Below are positions 55,836 to 64,000 of a stretch of DNA of 64,000 bases, one piece after another (positions within the stretch are counted from its first letter, which is position 1; every line of letters starts with the position of its first letter). Origin of the DNA: a bacterium. GTDB taxonomy: Bacteria > UBA8248 > JACPRG01 > G963555815. The stretch is taken from the NCBI GenBank assembly GCA_965261595.1, contig CBDHDG010000006.1:544001-608000 (forward strand), read 5' to 3'. The position numbers and the translations under genes are program-made. The notes beneath the pieces were generated by a model. The model did no database searches, was not told where the DNA came from, and saw nothing but the letters and a program-made list of their open reading frames with translations.

Positions 55836-57047
55836 ATGGAGATCAAGAACGGATTTCCGCATCTTTCCCTGGCCGAGCGGGATCGGCGGTGGGCGGCGAT
55901 TCGGCAAAAAATGGCCGAACGAGACTTGGACGCCCTCATCATCCGGGGCCATTCAGGTTTCTGGTACGGGTTCATGGCGGACATCCGGTACATTTCGGGC
56001 GTCAACGGCCATTCGGGGTACTGCGTGTTCCCGCGCGATGCCGATCCGACGGTGTTCCTGTGGTTTCCGCCGGCGGCGAAATGGTCCGTTCGCAAACAGC
56101 AGAGCTGGGTGAAAGACGTTCGCGGCGGCGGTTGGCCGTTCGGGGCGTCCATGGCCGCGGACCGGTTGAAAGAGCTGGGGTGCGGGGAGGGCCGGGTGGG
56201 AATTGTCGGACTTCCCGGCGAGCGGGAGCCCGAAGGGATCTTTCCGCACGGCGCTTATCTGGAGCTTCAAAAGGCCCTGCCGGGCGCGGGGCTGGAAAAC
56301 GCCACCGACATCATCGAAAAACTTCGATGGATCAAGAGCGCGGAGGAAATCGAGTGTCACACCCGCGCGGCCGAGATCGGGGACCTGGCGATTCAGGCGA
56401 TGGCCGACTCCGCCAAGCCGGGCGCGACCCAGGCCGAAGTCTATGCGGAAATGGTTCGCGTCATGCTGGCCAACGGCTCGGAGCCGCCGACGATGCTCCT
56501 CTGGGAGGCCGGGGCGGAGCCCGCCCACGCGGTGTACGCCCCGCCGAATCTGCCGCTGAAAAAAGGGGACACCATCGTCAACGAAATCAGCCCCAAGTAC
56601 TGCGGGTACTACGCGCACCCCCACCAGCCGGTCTGCCTGGGTAAACCCAATGATGAGCTGCGCCGGATGTACGACTCGGCGTACGCGGCCTTCGAGAACG
56701 GGCTGAAAACGCTGAAACCCGGCGTTCGGATGAGCGAGATGTGCCGGGCCCTGACGGACCCCATCCGGGAGGCGGGTTACGGGTGGTCCCGCGTTCCCCT
56801 GCACGGGATGGGACTGGCGAACATCGAGGTTCCGGTCTGGACGGACGAAGCCTATGCAGGTTTCCCCGGCTCCTCCCGTGTCGAAGCCGAGGACGCCGTC
56901 ATCCGGGAAAACATGATCCTCGTGATTCAACCGATCTGCACCTCACGAAACGGCGATCTCGGAATCCCGGTGGGCGACACCGTGTGCGTGACGAAGGACG
57001 GCGCCAGGCGGCTTTCAAAAAGGACCATTGAATACATCGAGGCATGA
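55836..57047 (+). CDS. M24/creatinase-fold hydrolase with non-canonical metal site
   Basis: SLAERDRRW.AIR..M, IKSAEEI, L.KGD, GY, HGMGL, GDTV.VT.DGARRLS. Confidence 0.85.
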   Translation: MEIKNGFPHLSLAERDRRWAAIRQKMAERDLDALIIRGHSGFWYGFMADIRYISGVNGHSGYCVFPRDADPTVFLWFPPAAKWSVRKQQSWVKDVRGGGWPFGASMAADRLKELGCGEGRVGIVGLPGEREPEGIFPHGAYLELQKALPGAGLENATDIIEKLRWIKSAEEIECHTRAAEIGDLAIQAMADSAKPGATQAEVYAEMVRVMLANGSEPPTMLLWEAGAEPAHAVYAPPNLPLKKGDTIVNEISPKYCGYYAHPHQPVCLGKPNDELRRMYDSAYAAFENGLKTLKPGVRMSEMCRALTDPIREAGYGWSRVPLHGMGLANIEVPVWTDEAYAGFPGSSRVEAEDAVIRENMILVIQPICTSRNGDLGIPVGDTVCVTKDGARRLSKRTIEYIEA

Positions 57048-57068
57048 AGGCGTCATTTTGAGATCTCC

Positions 57069-57262
57069 GGATTCCACGGATTGGAAGAGAGCCAAGACAA
57101 AGGCGCAAGGCGATCCACAGATTTTACAGATTGGAAAAGACCAAAAACAAGGGATTCGAGGCGGGATTCCTCGCTGGGCTCGGAATGACAAATGAAGAGG
57201 TGTTGGTCAGGGGAGTTTAAAAAATCTGTGCCATCTGTGTAATCTGTGGATAAAAGCCTTTC
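57069..57262 (+). repeat. ~200-bp composite repeat, family B copy 2
   Basis: Shares TTCGAGGCGGGATT, GCTCGGAATGACA, ATGAAGAGGTGTTGG, GGGGAGTTT, AATCTGTGG and TAAAAGCCTTTC with copy 1 in the same order. Confidence 0.85.
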
Positions 57263-57395
57263 GTATTATCGGTTGACTCATCGAGTCGGATGACTCATCG
57301 CTCGGAATGACCACTTGCCGCCACCGTCGTGCGGGGCCATGCGCGGCGAATTCGATATCCGCTTTCCGTAATCATCCCCCCCCCCCCTCGGCGGC

Positions 57396-58580
57396 TTACG
57401 CCTCCTCGGCGAACTGGAACCGCTTGTCCGCCCCGACGCATTCCGCCTCGGGGAGCCCCAGCTCCTTGCGGACGATGTTCGTTCCCCGGACGATGGAGAC
57501 CATCTTGAAGTAGGCAACCCGGCGGGTGAGCCCCTCGCGGCCGAAGCCGCAATCGGAGGAAATGACCAGCCGCTCCGCCGGGATGTGCTCCAGGGCCTTC
57601 CGGATGAGGGCCGCCACCTCCTCGGGCCGCTCGACCTGGAGGTTCCGGTGGTCCACCACGCCGACGGCGACCTTCTTGTCCGTAATGGCCCGCCCGATGG
57701 CGGCGAAGTCCATCCCCGAGGTGCTGCACGTCTCGAAGGTGATCACGTCCACGTCGAGTTGACTCAAGTGCTCGAGGGCCGGCTCGTAGGATTGGGGCTC
57801 GGCGAAGAGCCGCTGCTGGCCGGGATTGCCCCAACACGTGTGACACCAGACCTCCGTCTTGTCCCGGAGTCCTTTCACCGTCCGGTTGAACAGGCCGACG
57901 TAGAAGTCCACGTCGAGCGCCTCGGCGCCGACATCCTGGTGGCGTTTGATGGACATGAGGTGGATGGAGGGCTCTTCCATCTGAATGACGGCCGCGCCCG
58001 CGTCGGCCAGGACGTTCAGCTCTTCGTTGAACACGTCGCTCACGGCCTCGATCAACTCCCGCCGCGTCTTGTAGTGATCGTTCCCCACGGAAGTGGCGAC
58101 CAGCTCGGGCGTGATGGTCCCGAACTTGACGGGTCTGGCGGTCATCTGCTGGGCGGTCTTCCAGATGGGCGTGTAATCGAGCCTCCCCCGGGTGATTTCG
58201 CCGACCGCGCGGGGCATGAGGCGGGACTCCATGATCTCGAAAACGATGTCCCCCCGGCCCGCGCCCTGATAGCCCTTGGCGACCTTGTAAGGGTCGTAGC
58301 CCTCCATTCCGCCGAGCCGCCGGGCGGCGTAAACGAACCAGGACATCCCCCCCACGTCGGGGTCCAACCGGCAATCGCCGTCCGTGACGACGTCCAGACC
58401 CGCGCGCTCCTGGTCCCGGATGTAAGAGGAAACGGCGTCGAAATATTGCTCGCGGTACCGGACGTCGGACATGGCCTCGCGGAAGCTCCGGTCGCCGAGG
58501 GTGGCCGTGTACCAGTGCGGCCGGGGGATCGACCCCGTGATGGTGGTGGGCAGCATCTTGTCTTTCGTCGCGACGAGCAT
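57396..58580 (-). CDS. Cobalamin-independent methionine synthase II family protein (single barrel)
   Basis: TT.TGS.PRP, QE.AGLDVVTDG, IQ.EEP, HTCWGN (Zn H/C), FE, DCGFG (Zn C). Confidence 0.88.
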   Translation of the reverse strand: MLVATKDKMLPTTITGSIPRPHWYTATLGDRSFREAMSDVRYREQYFDAVSSYIRDQERAGLDVVTDGDCRLDPDVGGMSWFVYAARRLGGMEGYDPYKVAKGYQGAGRGDIVFEIMESRLMPRAVGEITRGRLDYTPIWKTAQQMTARPVKFGTITPELVATSVGNDHYKTRRELIEAVSDVFNEELNVLADAGAAVIQMEEPSIHLMSIKRHQDVGAEALDVDFYVGLFNRTVKGLRDKTEVWCHTCWGNPGQQRLFAEPQSYEPALEHLSQLDVDVITFETCSTSGMDFAAIGRAITDKKVAVGVVDHRNLQVERPEEVAALIRKALEHIPAERLVISSDCGFGREGLTRRVAYFKMVSIVRGTNIVRKELGLPEAECVGADKRFQFAEEA

Positions 58581-58718
58581 TCAACGTCTCCTTCCCCCCC
58601 CTCCGCCGGACGGGGATCCAGATCAGGTCCGGCTTGGGGTGTGCGGGTCGATGGGTCCGTCCCCGCTCCGGACGTTCAACGGACGGACCGCGCGAAGCGT
58701 TCGCTCATGGATTCCGCG

Positions 58719-58748
58719 AGCCTAGCCAATCGTCCGGAAGGCTGTCAA
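58719..58748 (-). promoter_or_regulatory. Putative sigma70 promoter for the MetE-family gene
   Basis: TTGACA-N18-TAGGCT on - strand. Confidence 0.55.
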
Positions 58749-58814
58749 GACGCCTTCCGTTGGAAACGCCGGATACCCGAGAGGAATGGCGGCGGCCGGC
58801 GCGCCCGTCTTTCA

Positions 58815-60470
58815 TCAATACGGACACAACAGCCTGGGATGCAACCGAATGAAACGCTTGACGCTCCGGTCGAAACGCCGCTCGCGTTTCTTCAGGCCCT
58901 GCCTGCGGGCGAGGTCCCGGCCGTCACACCAGCTTTCCAGCGCCTCCTCCGGCCGGCCGAGCTTGACGTGGATCGCGCCCAGGCTGTTCAAGACGTCGGC
59001 CATACCCGCCCAATCGCGGCGCCGGGACCTGATCGCGTACGCCCTCCCCGCCGCGTCGAGGGCCTTGGAGAAAAGGTCCATCCGAAAATAAGCGGCCGAA
59101 AGATGGTTCAGGGTGTCCGCCTCCGCGGCGCTGTCCGCCCGGTCCCGGGAAATTCGAAGCGCTTTCCGGTGCGTCTTAAGGGCCTCGGGGTAGCGCCCGG
59201 ACCGGACCCGCACGTCAGCCAGGCGGTTGAGGATTTTTATTTCGTTGCGCCAATCGTCCAAGCGGCGGAGAAGGACGAGGGACTCCCGGTAAAGCCGGAG
59301 GGACTCGTCGAACCGTTCTTCCTTAGCGTGAAGGACGGCCAGCCGGCCGAGGGTTTCGGCCGCCGCCGCCGCCATGCCGGCGCGGCGGAAGACAGCGAGA
59401 GACGCCTTGAGCCGGGCCACGGCTTCACCGGCGCGGTTCAGTTTTTCTAAAACCCGCGCGATATCACCCAGCGTCCTCGCCGCCCGAACCTCGTTTCCCA
59501 GGCGGCGATCGATCTCCAGCGACTCCCGATAAAGTCGAAGAGACCGCGGAGACGAACCGGGCCGCGTCGCGACCTGACGCTCCCGCGCTTGGGCCAGGCG
59601 CCTGAGGGCCGCCGCGACCTCGCCCCCCTCCTCGCCGCCCTTCCCCTCTCCCCCTCCCCGGGCCCGGGCCCGGAGAAGGGACAAGGCGCGCGTCAGACTT
59701 TCGGCGGCCTCTTTCAACCGCCCGGCTTCCATTTGAACGATCCCGATCCAGCCCCACGCCTCCGCGAAATCCGCGTCCGGCTTCACCGCGCGCTCCAGCC
59801 GCCCTTTCGCCTCCGTCAACCGGCCGCGGCGCCGCTCGGCCAGGCCGTCGCCGAAACGGATCAGTGTCTCGATGGACTTCGCAAAGGGTTCGTGAAGCCG
59901 GACCCGCTCCCGATCGCTCAGCGACAAAGGGGAGGATTCAATCTCGGCGGTCGAGCCGTCTTTCATGACGATCCGTTTCCCCAGGGCTTCGATGAGGGAG
60001 TCCGCCACCCGGTCCAACGCCGAGAAAAGGGCGTCGCGGGTCGAGATCGACGTCCGGAACCGGGTCTGCTGAATTTGAAAGCCGCTGGGAAGGTCCACAA
60101 ACCGGTAGTCCAGCTGCACCTCGCGTCCGAGCCGGATCAGCCTGCCCGCCATCACCAAATGTGCCCCGGCCAGCCTCCCCACGCGCTCGGCCGCCAGGGG
60201 GCCCGTCAGGTCCCCGCCCCGAAGTCCTTGCTCGCCGACGATCCGATCAATGGTCCGGCGGCCGATCAGATCGAGCGACCGGATCCCGGCGAGCTTCCAA
60301 CGCAGCGCCTCCGGTATCACGGTCGTGAGCCATGTGAACACGGGGTCTTCCGAGTCGTTCTGGAAATCCAGGATCACGACGCGCCGTTGCGCGGCATCCG
60401 CCCGGGGCGCGCGAATCAGATTGAACATCGGAATCAAAACGGCTGCGAGGAAAACGAAGCGCCGAAGCAT
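58815..60470 (-). CDS. Exported TolB-N/CsgG-like domain plus TPR protein
   Basis: Signal peptide from ATG 60470 (start uncertain); VILDFQN..W...IPEAL, VGRLAGA.LVM.G; C-terminal TPR repeats (LNxLG, Y.ESL). Confidence 0.7.
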   Translation of the reverse strand: MLRRFVFLAAVLIPMFNLIRAPRADAAQRRVVILDFQNDSEDPVFTWLTTVIPEALRWKLAGIRSLDLIGRRTIDRIVGEQGLRGGDLTGPLAAERVGRLAGAHLVMAGRLIRLGREVQLDYRFVDLPSGFQIQQTRFRTSISTRDALFSALDRVADSLIEALGKRIVMKDGSTAEIESSPLSLSDRERVRLHEPFAKSIETLIRFGDGLAERRRGRLTEAKGRLERAVKPDADFAEAWGWIGIVQMEAGRLKEAAESLTRALSLLRARARGGGEGKGGEEGGEVAAALRRLAQARERQVATRPGSSPRSLRLYRESLEIDRRLGNEVRAARTLGDIARVLEKLNRAGEAVARLKASLAVFRRAGMAAAAAETLGRLAVLHAKEERFDESLRLYRESLVLLRRLDDWRNEIKILNRLADVRVRSGRYPEALKTHRKALRISRDRADSAAEADTLNHLSAAYFRMDLFSKALDAAGRAYAIRSRRRDWAGMADVLNSLGAIHVKLGRPEEALESWCDGRDLARRQGLKKRERRFDRSVKRFIRLHPRLLCPY

Positions 60471-60721
60471 GACCGCCTGTCCCCCAAGGAGGAATAATCC
60501 CGTCCGCATAACGTTCGGCAAACGACCCACAGCCCCGCCCTCCCGCGTGCGGCGGGATTCCGTTGTGTTCCATGCCGGGTTCCCATAGAATCGATCCATT
60601 AAGTCAGACAGCGGGAATCGGGTCAAGGCATCCGAATCGGGGGCTCTGATTCCCCGATATGCACCCCCTTCCCCCCCCCCTCCCCTCTCCCCCTCCGGGC
60701 GCCGTCGGGAAGGACGAGGAA

Positions 60722-62962
60722 ATGGCTTTGGGTGAATCCCGGAATTCCTGGAAGATGGTCGGGCAGGCGGTCTCCCGGCCGGACGCCGTTGAGAAGGCCG
60801 TCGGCGGAACGCTCTTCGCGGACGACTTCAATCTGCCCGGCTGCCTCATCGGCCGGGTCGTGCGCGCCGGCGTCGCATCGGCCCGGATCCGGAAAATCGA
60901 CGTGCAGGCGGCCCGGCGGATCCCCGGCGTGCGCGCCGTCCTGACCGCCGAAGACATTCCCGGCGCCAACCACGCCCACGGCGAGGAATTTCCGGTCCTG
61001 GCCGACGGGGTCGTCCGCTCGGCGGGAGACGCCGTGGCCCTGGTGGCCGCCGATCACGAAGCCGCCGCGCGGACCGCCGTGGACGCGCTGGGCGTCGAGC
61101 TCGACCCCCGGCCGGGCGTTTACGACCCCGAGGAGGCCCTGGCCGAGGACCCCGGCGCGGAAGTCGGCCGCTACACCCTGAGCCGGGGAGACGCCGATCG
61201 GGCCTTCGAGGAAGCGGACGTCGTCGTCGAGCACACCTACACGACGCGGCAGGCCGATCACTGCTTCATCGAGCCCGAGGCGGGCGTGGCCTGGATCGAC
61301 TCGACCGGCGTCATCAACATCCGCTGGCCCACCCAGCTCATCGAGAACTACCGCGCCGTCGCCCGGATCCTCGGCGTCCCGGCGGGCCGCGTTCGCATTC
61401 AGAGCCCGATGGTCGGGGGCGGGTTCGGCGGCAAGGAGCAGCCCCTCGTGGCGGCGTGGCTGGCCCTGCTGGCTCAGGCCGCCCGGCGGCCCGTCCGCAT
61501 GACCCTTTCCCGGGAGGACACCTTCCTCGGCGGCTCCAAGAAGCACCCTTTCGTCATGAAGTGCCGCACCGCCGCCAAAAGGGACGGAACCCTCACGGCG
61601 ATGGACGTGGAAGTGCTGGCCGACGCCGGGGCCTACCGCACGAACACGGCCATTATCACGATGGGCGCGATGGTCCTGGCCCAGGGTTCGTACAACGTCG
61701 AGAACGTCCGGGTGGCCGTCCTCGGCGCGGTGACGAACCGGCCTTTCTCCGACGCCATGCGCGGGGTCGGGTGCAACCAGATCACCTTCGCCGTCGAGGG
61801 CCAGATCGAGGCCGTCGCCCGGGCGCTCGGCATGGACCCCCTCGAAGTCCGGCGGAAGAACTATCTCAAAAAGGGCGACCTCCTGCCCGTCGGCCAAACG
61901 ATCGAGAACCACGTGGACCTCGACCGCCTTACGCGCGAGGTCGACAAGGCGCTGGGGGATAAGACCCCGGCCCCGCCGGGCAAGCGCGTCGGCCGGGGAT
62001 TCGCGGCCAACATGACGGGGTACGGACGGCCCTTCAGCCGCTCGGAAGGCTTTGTGGGGATGGATGTGGACGGATCGGCCCTCATCCGCATCGGCGTGTC
62101 GGACCTGGGCGCGGGTCAGACCTCCACCGCCGCCCAGCTTGTGGCCGGGGCGCTCGGCCTCTCTCTGGAGAACGTCTCCGTCATCCACTCCGATTCCGGG
62201 ACAACGCCCCTGGTCGGCTACACGGCATCGAGCCGGCAGACGCTGATGTCCGGGAGCGCGCTCCTGGACGCGGCGGGGACCATCCGGCGCTCCCTCGTGG
62301 ACGCCGCCTCGGACCTGCTCGAAGCCCCTCGGGACGACCTGGAGCTGGGCGAGGATTCGGTCCGCATGGCCTCGGCCCCGGAGAAGCGGGTCTCGATCGC
62401 TGATGCGGTCTCCCGCGCGCAGGCGAAGGGCCTGCCCATCGCGGCCACGGGCGCCTACAAGACCCCCGACCTGGATTACGAAGGGGCGGACCGGTACGGC
62501 GGCTTTGCGGGCTGGACGGACTACACCTGGGGCGTCCACGCCGCCGAGGTCATGGTGGACGAGGCCACCGGGGAGGTCGAGCTGCTCAAGTTCGTCGCCT
62601 CCCACGACGTCGGCGCGGCCATCAACCCCACGAGCGTCGAGGGCCAGATCGAGGGCGGCGCCGTCATGGGCATCGGCTACGCCCTCACCGAAGAGATCGT
62701 CATGGAGGACGGGCGCATGGTCAACCCGGTCCTGCACGATTACCTGATCCCGACCTCGCTGGACCTGGGGGCGTGGGAGACGATCGTCACGGAGTCGGGC
62801 GAGGGGATGGGTCCCCATGGCGCGCGCGGCATCGGCGAGCCGCCCTGCAACGCCTCCCCCGCGGCCGTCACAAACGCCGTCAGCGACGCCATCGGCGCGC
62901 GGATTACCGACATCCCCATTACGCCGGAACAGGTCCTGGAAAAACTCGGGGGCAACAGATAA
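60722..62962 (+). CDS. Xanthine dehydrogenase family molybdopterin-binding subunit
   Basis: R.DA.EK..G...F.DD, GGGFGGK, AMRG.G, DLGAG, HDVG.AINP..VEGQIEGG, GARGIGEP (catalytic Glu). Confidence 0.93.
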   Translation: MALGESRNSWKMVGQAVSRPDAVEKAVGGTLFADDFNLPGCLIGRVVRAGVASARIRKIDVQAARRIPGVRAVLTAEDIPGANHAHGEEFPVLADGVVRSAGDAVALVAADHEAAARTAVDALGVELDPRPGVYDPEEALAEDPGAEVGRYTLSRGDADRAFEEADVVVEHTYTTRQADHCFIEPEAGVAWIDSTGVINIRWPTQLIENYRAVARILGVPAGRVRIQSPMVGGGFGGKEQPLVAAWLALLAQAARRPVRMTLSREDTFLGGSKKHPFVMKCRTAAKRDGTLTAMDVEVLADAGAYRTNTAIITMGAMVLAQGSYNVENVRVAVLGAVTNRPFSDAMRGVGCNQITFAVEGQIEAVARALGMDPLEVRRKNYLKKGDLLPVGQTIENHVDLDRLTREVDKALGDKTPAPPGKRVGRGFAANMTGYGRPFSRSEGFVGMDVDGSALIRIGVSDLGAGQTSTAAQLVAGALGLSLENVSVIHSDSGTTPLVGYTASSRQTLMSGSALLDAAGTIRRSLVDAASDLLEAPRDDLELGEDSVRMASAPEKRVSIADAVSRAQAKGLPIAATGAYKTPDLDYEGADRYGGFAGWTDYTWGVHAAEVMVDEATGEVELLKFVASHDVGAAINPTSVEGQIEGGAVMGIGYALTEEIVMEDGRMVNPVLHDYLIPTSLDLGAWETIVTESGEGMGPHGARGIGEPPCNASPAAVTNAVSDAIGARITDIPITPEQVLEKLGGNR

Positions 62963-63020
62963 ATATACACTTCCGTATCACTAAGATTCTTTCCTCACAG
63001 GCTTGATAAACTTCTTGGCC

Positions 63021-63154
63021 GTATCGATCGGCCGCCTGCCCGGGTTGCGATTGCCCCGGGTGTCGCACACGGCGAAGCCACTGGGTTTTGAGATCACGCC
63101 ACGGCCCCGTGGCCGCCGGAATCCATTCCGAGAAAAAAATCCCGACCCTTTTTC
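63021..63154 (+). pseudogene. Probable C-terminal remnant of a REP-associated tyrosine (IS200-like) transposase
   Basis: Translates to VSHTAKPLGFEITPRPRGRR, resembling the TA.RLGL..TLRPRGRP ends of these transposases as I recall them; followed by GACCC repeats. Confidence 0.45.
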
Positions 63155-63446
63155 GCCACTTCAAATTCCAACTGTCGAAGATGAGTCAGACCCAATTTTC
63201 CAAATGTTAGAATGTAAGAATCTGACCCCATGCCTTTTCCTGTGGGGTGTGAAGAGCCGGAAATCAAGCGGAATGAAGGGGTTTGGAGGAATCTGCGAGT
63301 ATATTGGAGGGCTGCTGGCTATCCCCTGACGTTCGACTTGGGACCCTCGTCGCCTTTGGGTGGAGTTGTCGTGGCACAAAAAGGAGTCTGACCCCATTTT
63401 CACCCGCCAATTTCACCCGGATCTGATAATTCAAGACCTGACCCCA
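63138..63446 (+). repeat. Cluster of five TC(T/A/C)GACCC-type short repeats
   Basis: AATCCCGACCC 63138, GAGTCAGACCC 63183, GAATCTGACCCCA 63218, GGAGTCTGACCCCATTTTC 63383, AAGACCTGACCCCA 63433. Confidence 0.65.
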
Positions 63447-63499
63447 ACTTCTGCTAGGGTCAAAATTCACGGTGTTCGTATTGGTTTCGATAGGGGAGG

Positions 63500-63775
63500 G
63501 TAATTAAGATTCGGCCAAAGTCGTCCGCCACGCCCGGCAAAGTATATTCCAGTTGGCCGAGGTCGCGGTGTCCAGGGAGCTCTTCGCCCGCATCTTGGAG
63601 CGAATCCACCGACTGCGTCCGCTGCCGGTCTAGCGATCCTAAGCGGATACAACTCAGATCAGGTAATCTGTGCCCAGAAACCGGTTGACAGGTCCGGTAG
63701 AGAGCGGTCTAATCGGGCTAAACAGCAACGAGGGGTCAGTGCGGGTCTGTCCGAATTTGAAAGGAGAAATTTCGG
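63500..63775 (+). mobile_element. IS1380-family remnant (transposase C-terminus plus probable right end)
   Basis: IKI/(frameshift)AKVVRHARQSIFQLAEVAVSRELFARILERIHRLRPLPV* with stop at 63631-63633; GGAGAAATTTCGG at 63763-63775 resembles a right end. Confidence 0.7.
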
Positions 63776-63798
63776 ATGGAATTGAGGGGATGTATATA

Positions 63799-64000
63799 AT
63801 GAGAAAAAATTCGTGGTTATTACTTTTCGCTCTCTTTCTTGCTGGCTGTCCCGCAACGGAGATTGTATCGATTGGTAGAGATACCTATATGATTTCTAAA
63901 CACGGATGGATTCCCGGGAGTTCTGTAGGTTCACTTACAGCCGATCTCTATAAAAAGGCAAATGCCTACTGTTCAAAACACAATAAGCATTTAATGACAG
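63799..64000 (+). CDS. Small lipoprotein, truncated by window edge
   Basis: MRKNSWLLLFALFLAGCPATEIVSIGRDTYMISK...KKANAYCSKHNK; LAGC lipobox; GAGGGG SD; AT-rich; absent from the ORF track because there is no stop in the window. Confidence 0.75.
   Translation, partial: MRKNSWLLLFALFLAGCPATEIVSIGRDTYMISKHGWIPGSSVGSLTADLYKKANAYCSKHNKHLMT

Noticed and set aside
55536..57311. Possible CRISPR array or integron attC sites
   Set aside because: There are only two long diverged copies 1.5 kb apart, no regular repeat-spacer period, no cas or intI gene, and no clear RYYYAAC/GTTRRRY boxes.
58581..58718. Cobalamin, SAM or SAH riboswitch ahead of the MetE-family gene
   Set aside because: No B12 box or other conserved core seen.

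Overview
High-GC bacterial chromosomal window made mostly of housekeeping operons. Gene order suggests a Nitrospinota/Tectomicrobia/deltaproteobacterial-type lineage (inference only). From 0.1 to 19.9 kb (+): TPR, LolB-like, ispE, spoVG, tRNA-Gln, prs, rplY, pth, hppA, rpsF, ssb, rpsR, DUF2232, rplI, dnaB, alr, MlaF-like ATPase, tgt, yajC, secD, secF. From 19.9 to 41 kb (-): mreBCD, mrdA, rodA, rng, dprA, smg, topA, trmFO, xerC, hslVU, HAD hydrolase, argBDFG. The 43-64 kb part is more accessory. It contains a ThrC-like PLP enzyme with a ubiquitin-like sulfur carrier (GG masked by LEVE), a JAB protease and two stand-alone NIL proteins, which together look like a sulfur-carrier-dependent homocysteine pathway. 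It also has an antitoxin with a probably gutted toxin, a Trm112-fused methyltransferase, an archaeal-type GlmU with GlmS, and an atypical M24 hydrolase bracketed by two ~200-bp self-folding direct repeats. A single-barrel MetE-family enzyme, a lone xanthine-dehydrogenase-family large subunit, and a lower-GC end with IS1380 and probable RAYT remnants follow. A second non-coding repeat family occurs at about 22.1, 22.4, 43.9 and 49.5 kb, and two of its copies flank a candidate structured RNA inside the arg operon. No CRISPR array, rRNA or prophage was seen. All calls are by eye from motifs and synteny; no searches were run.
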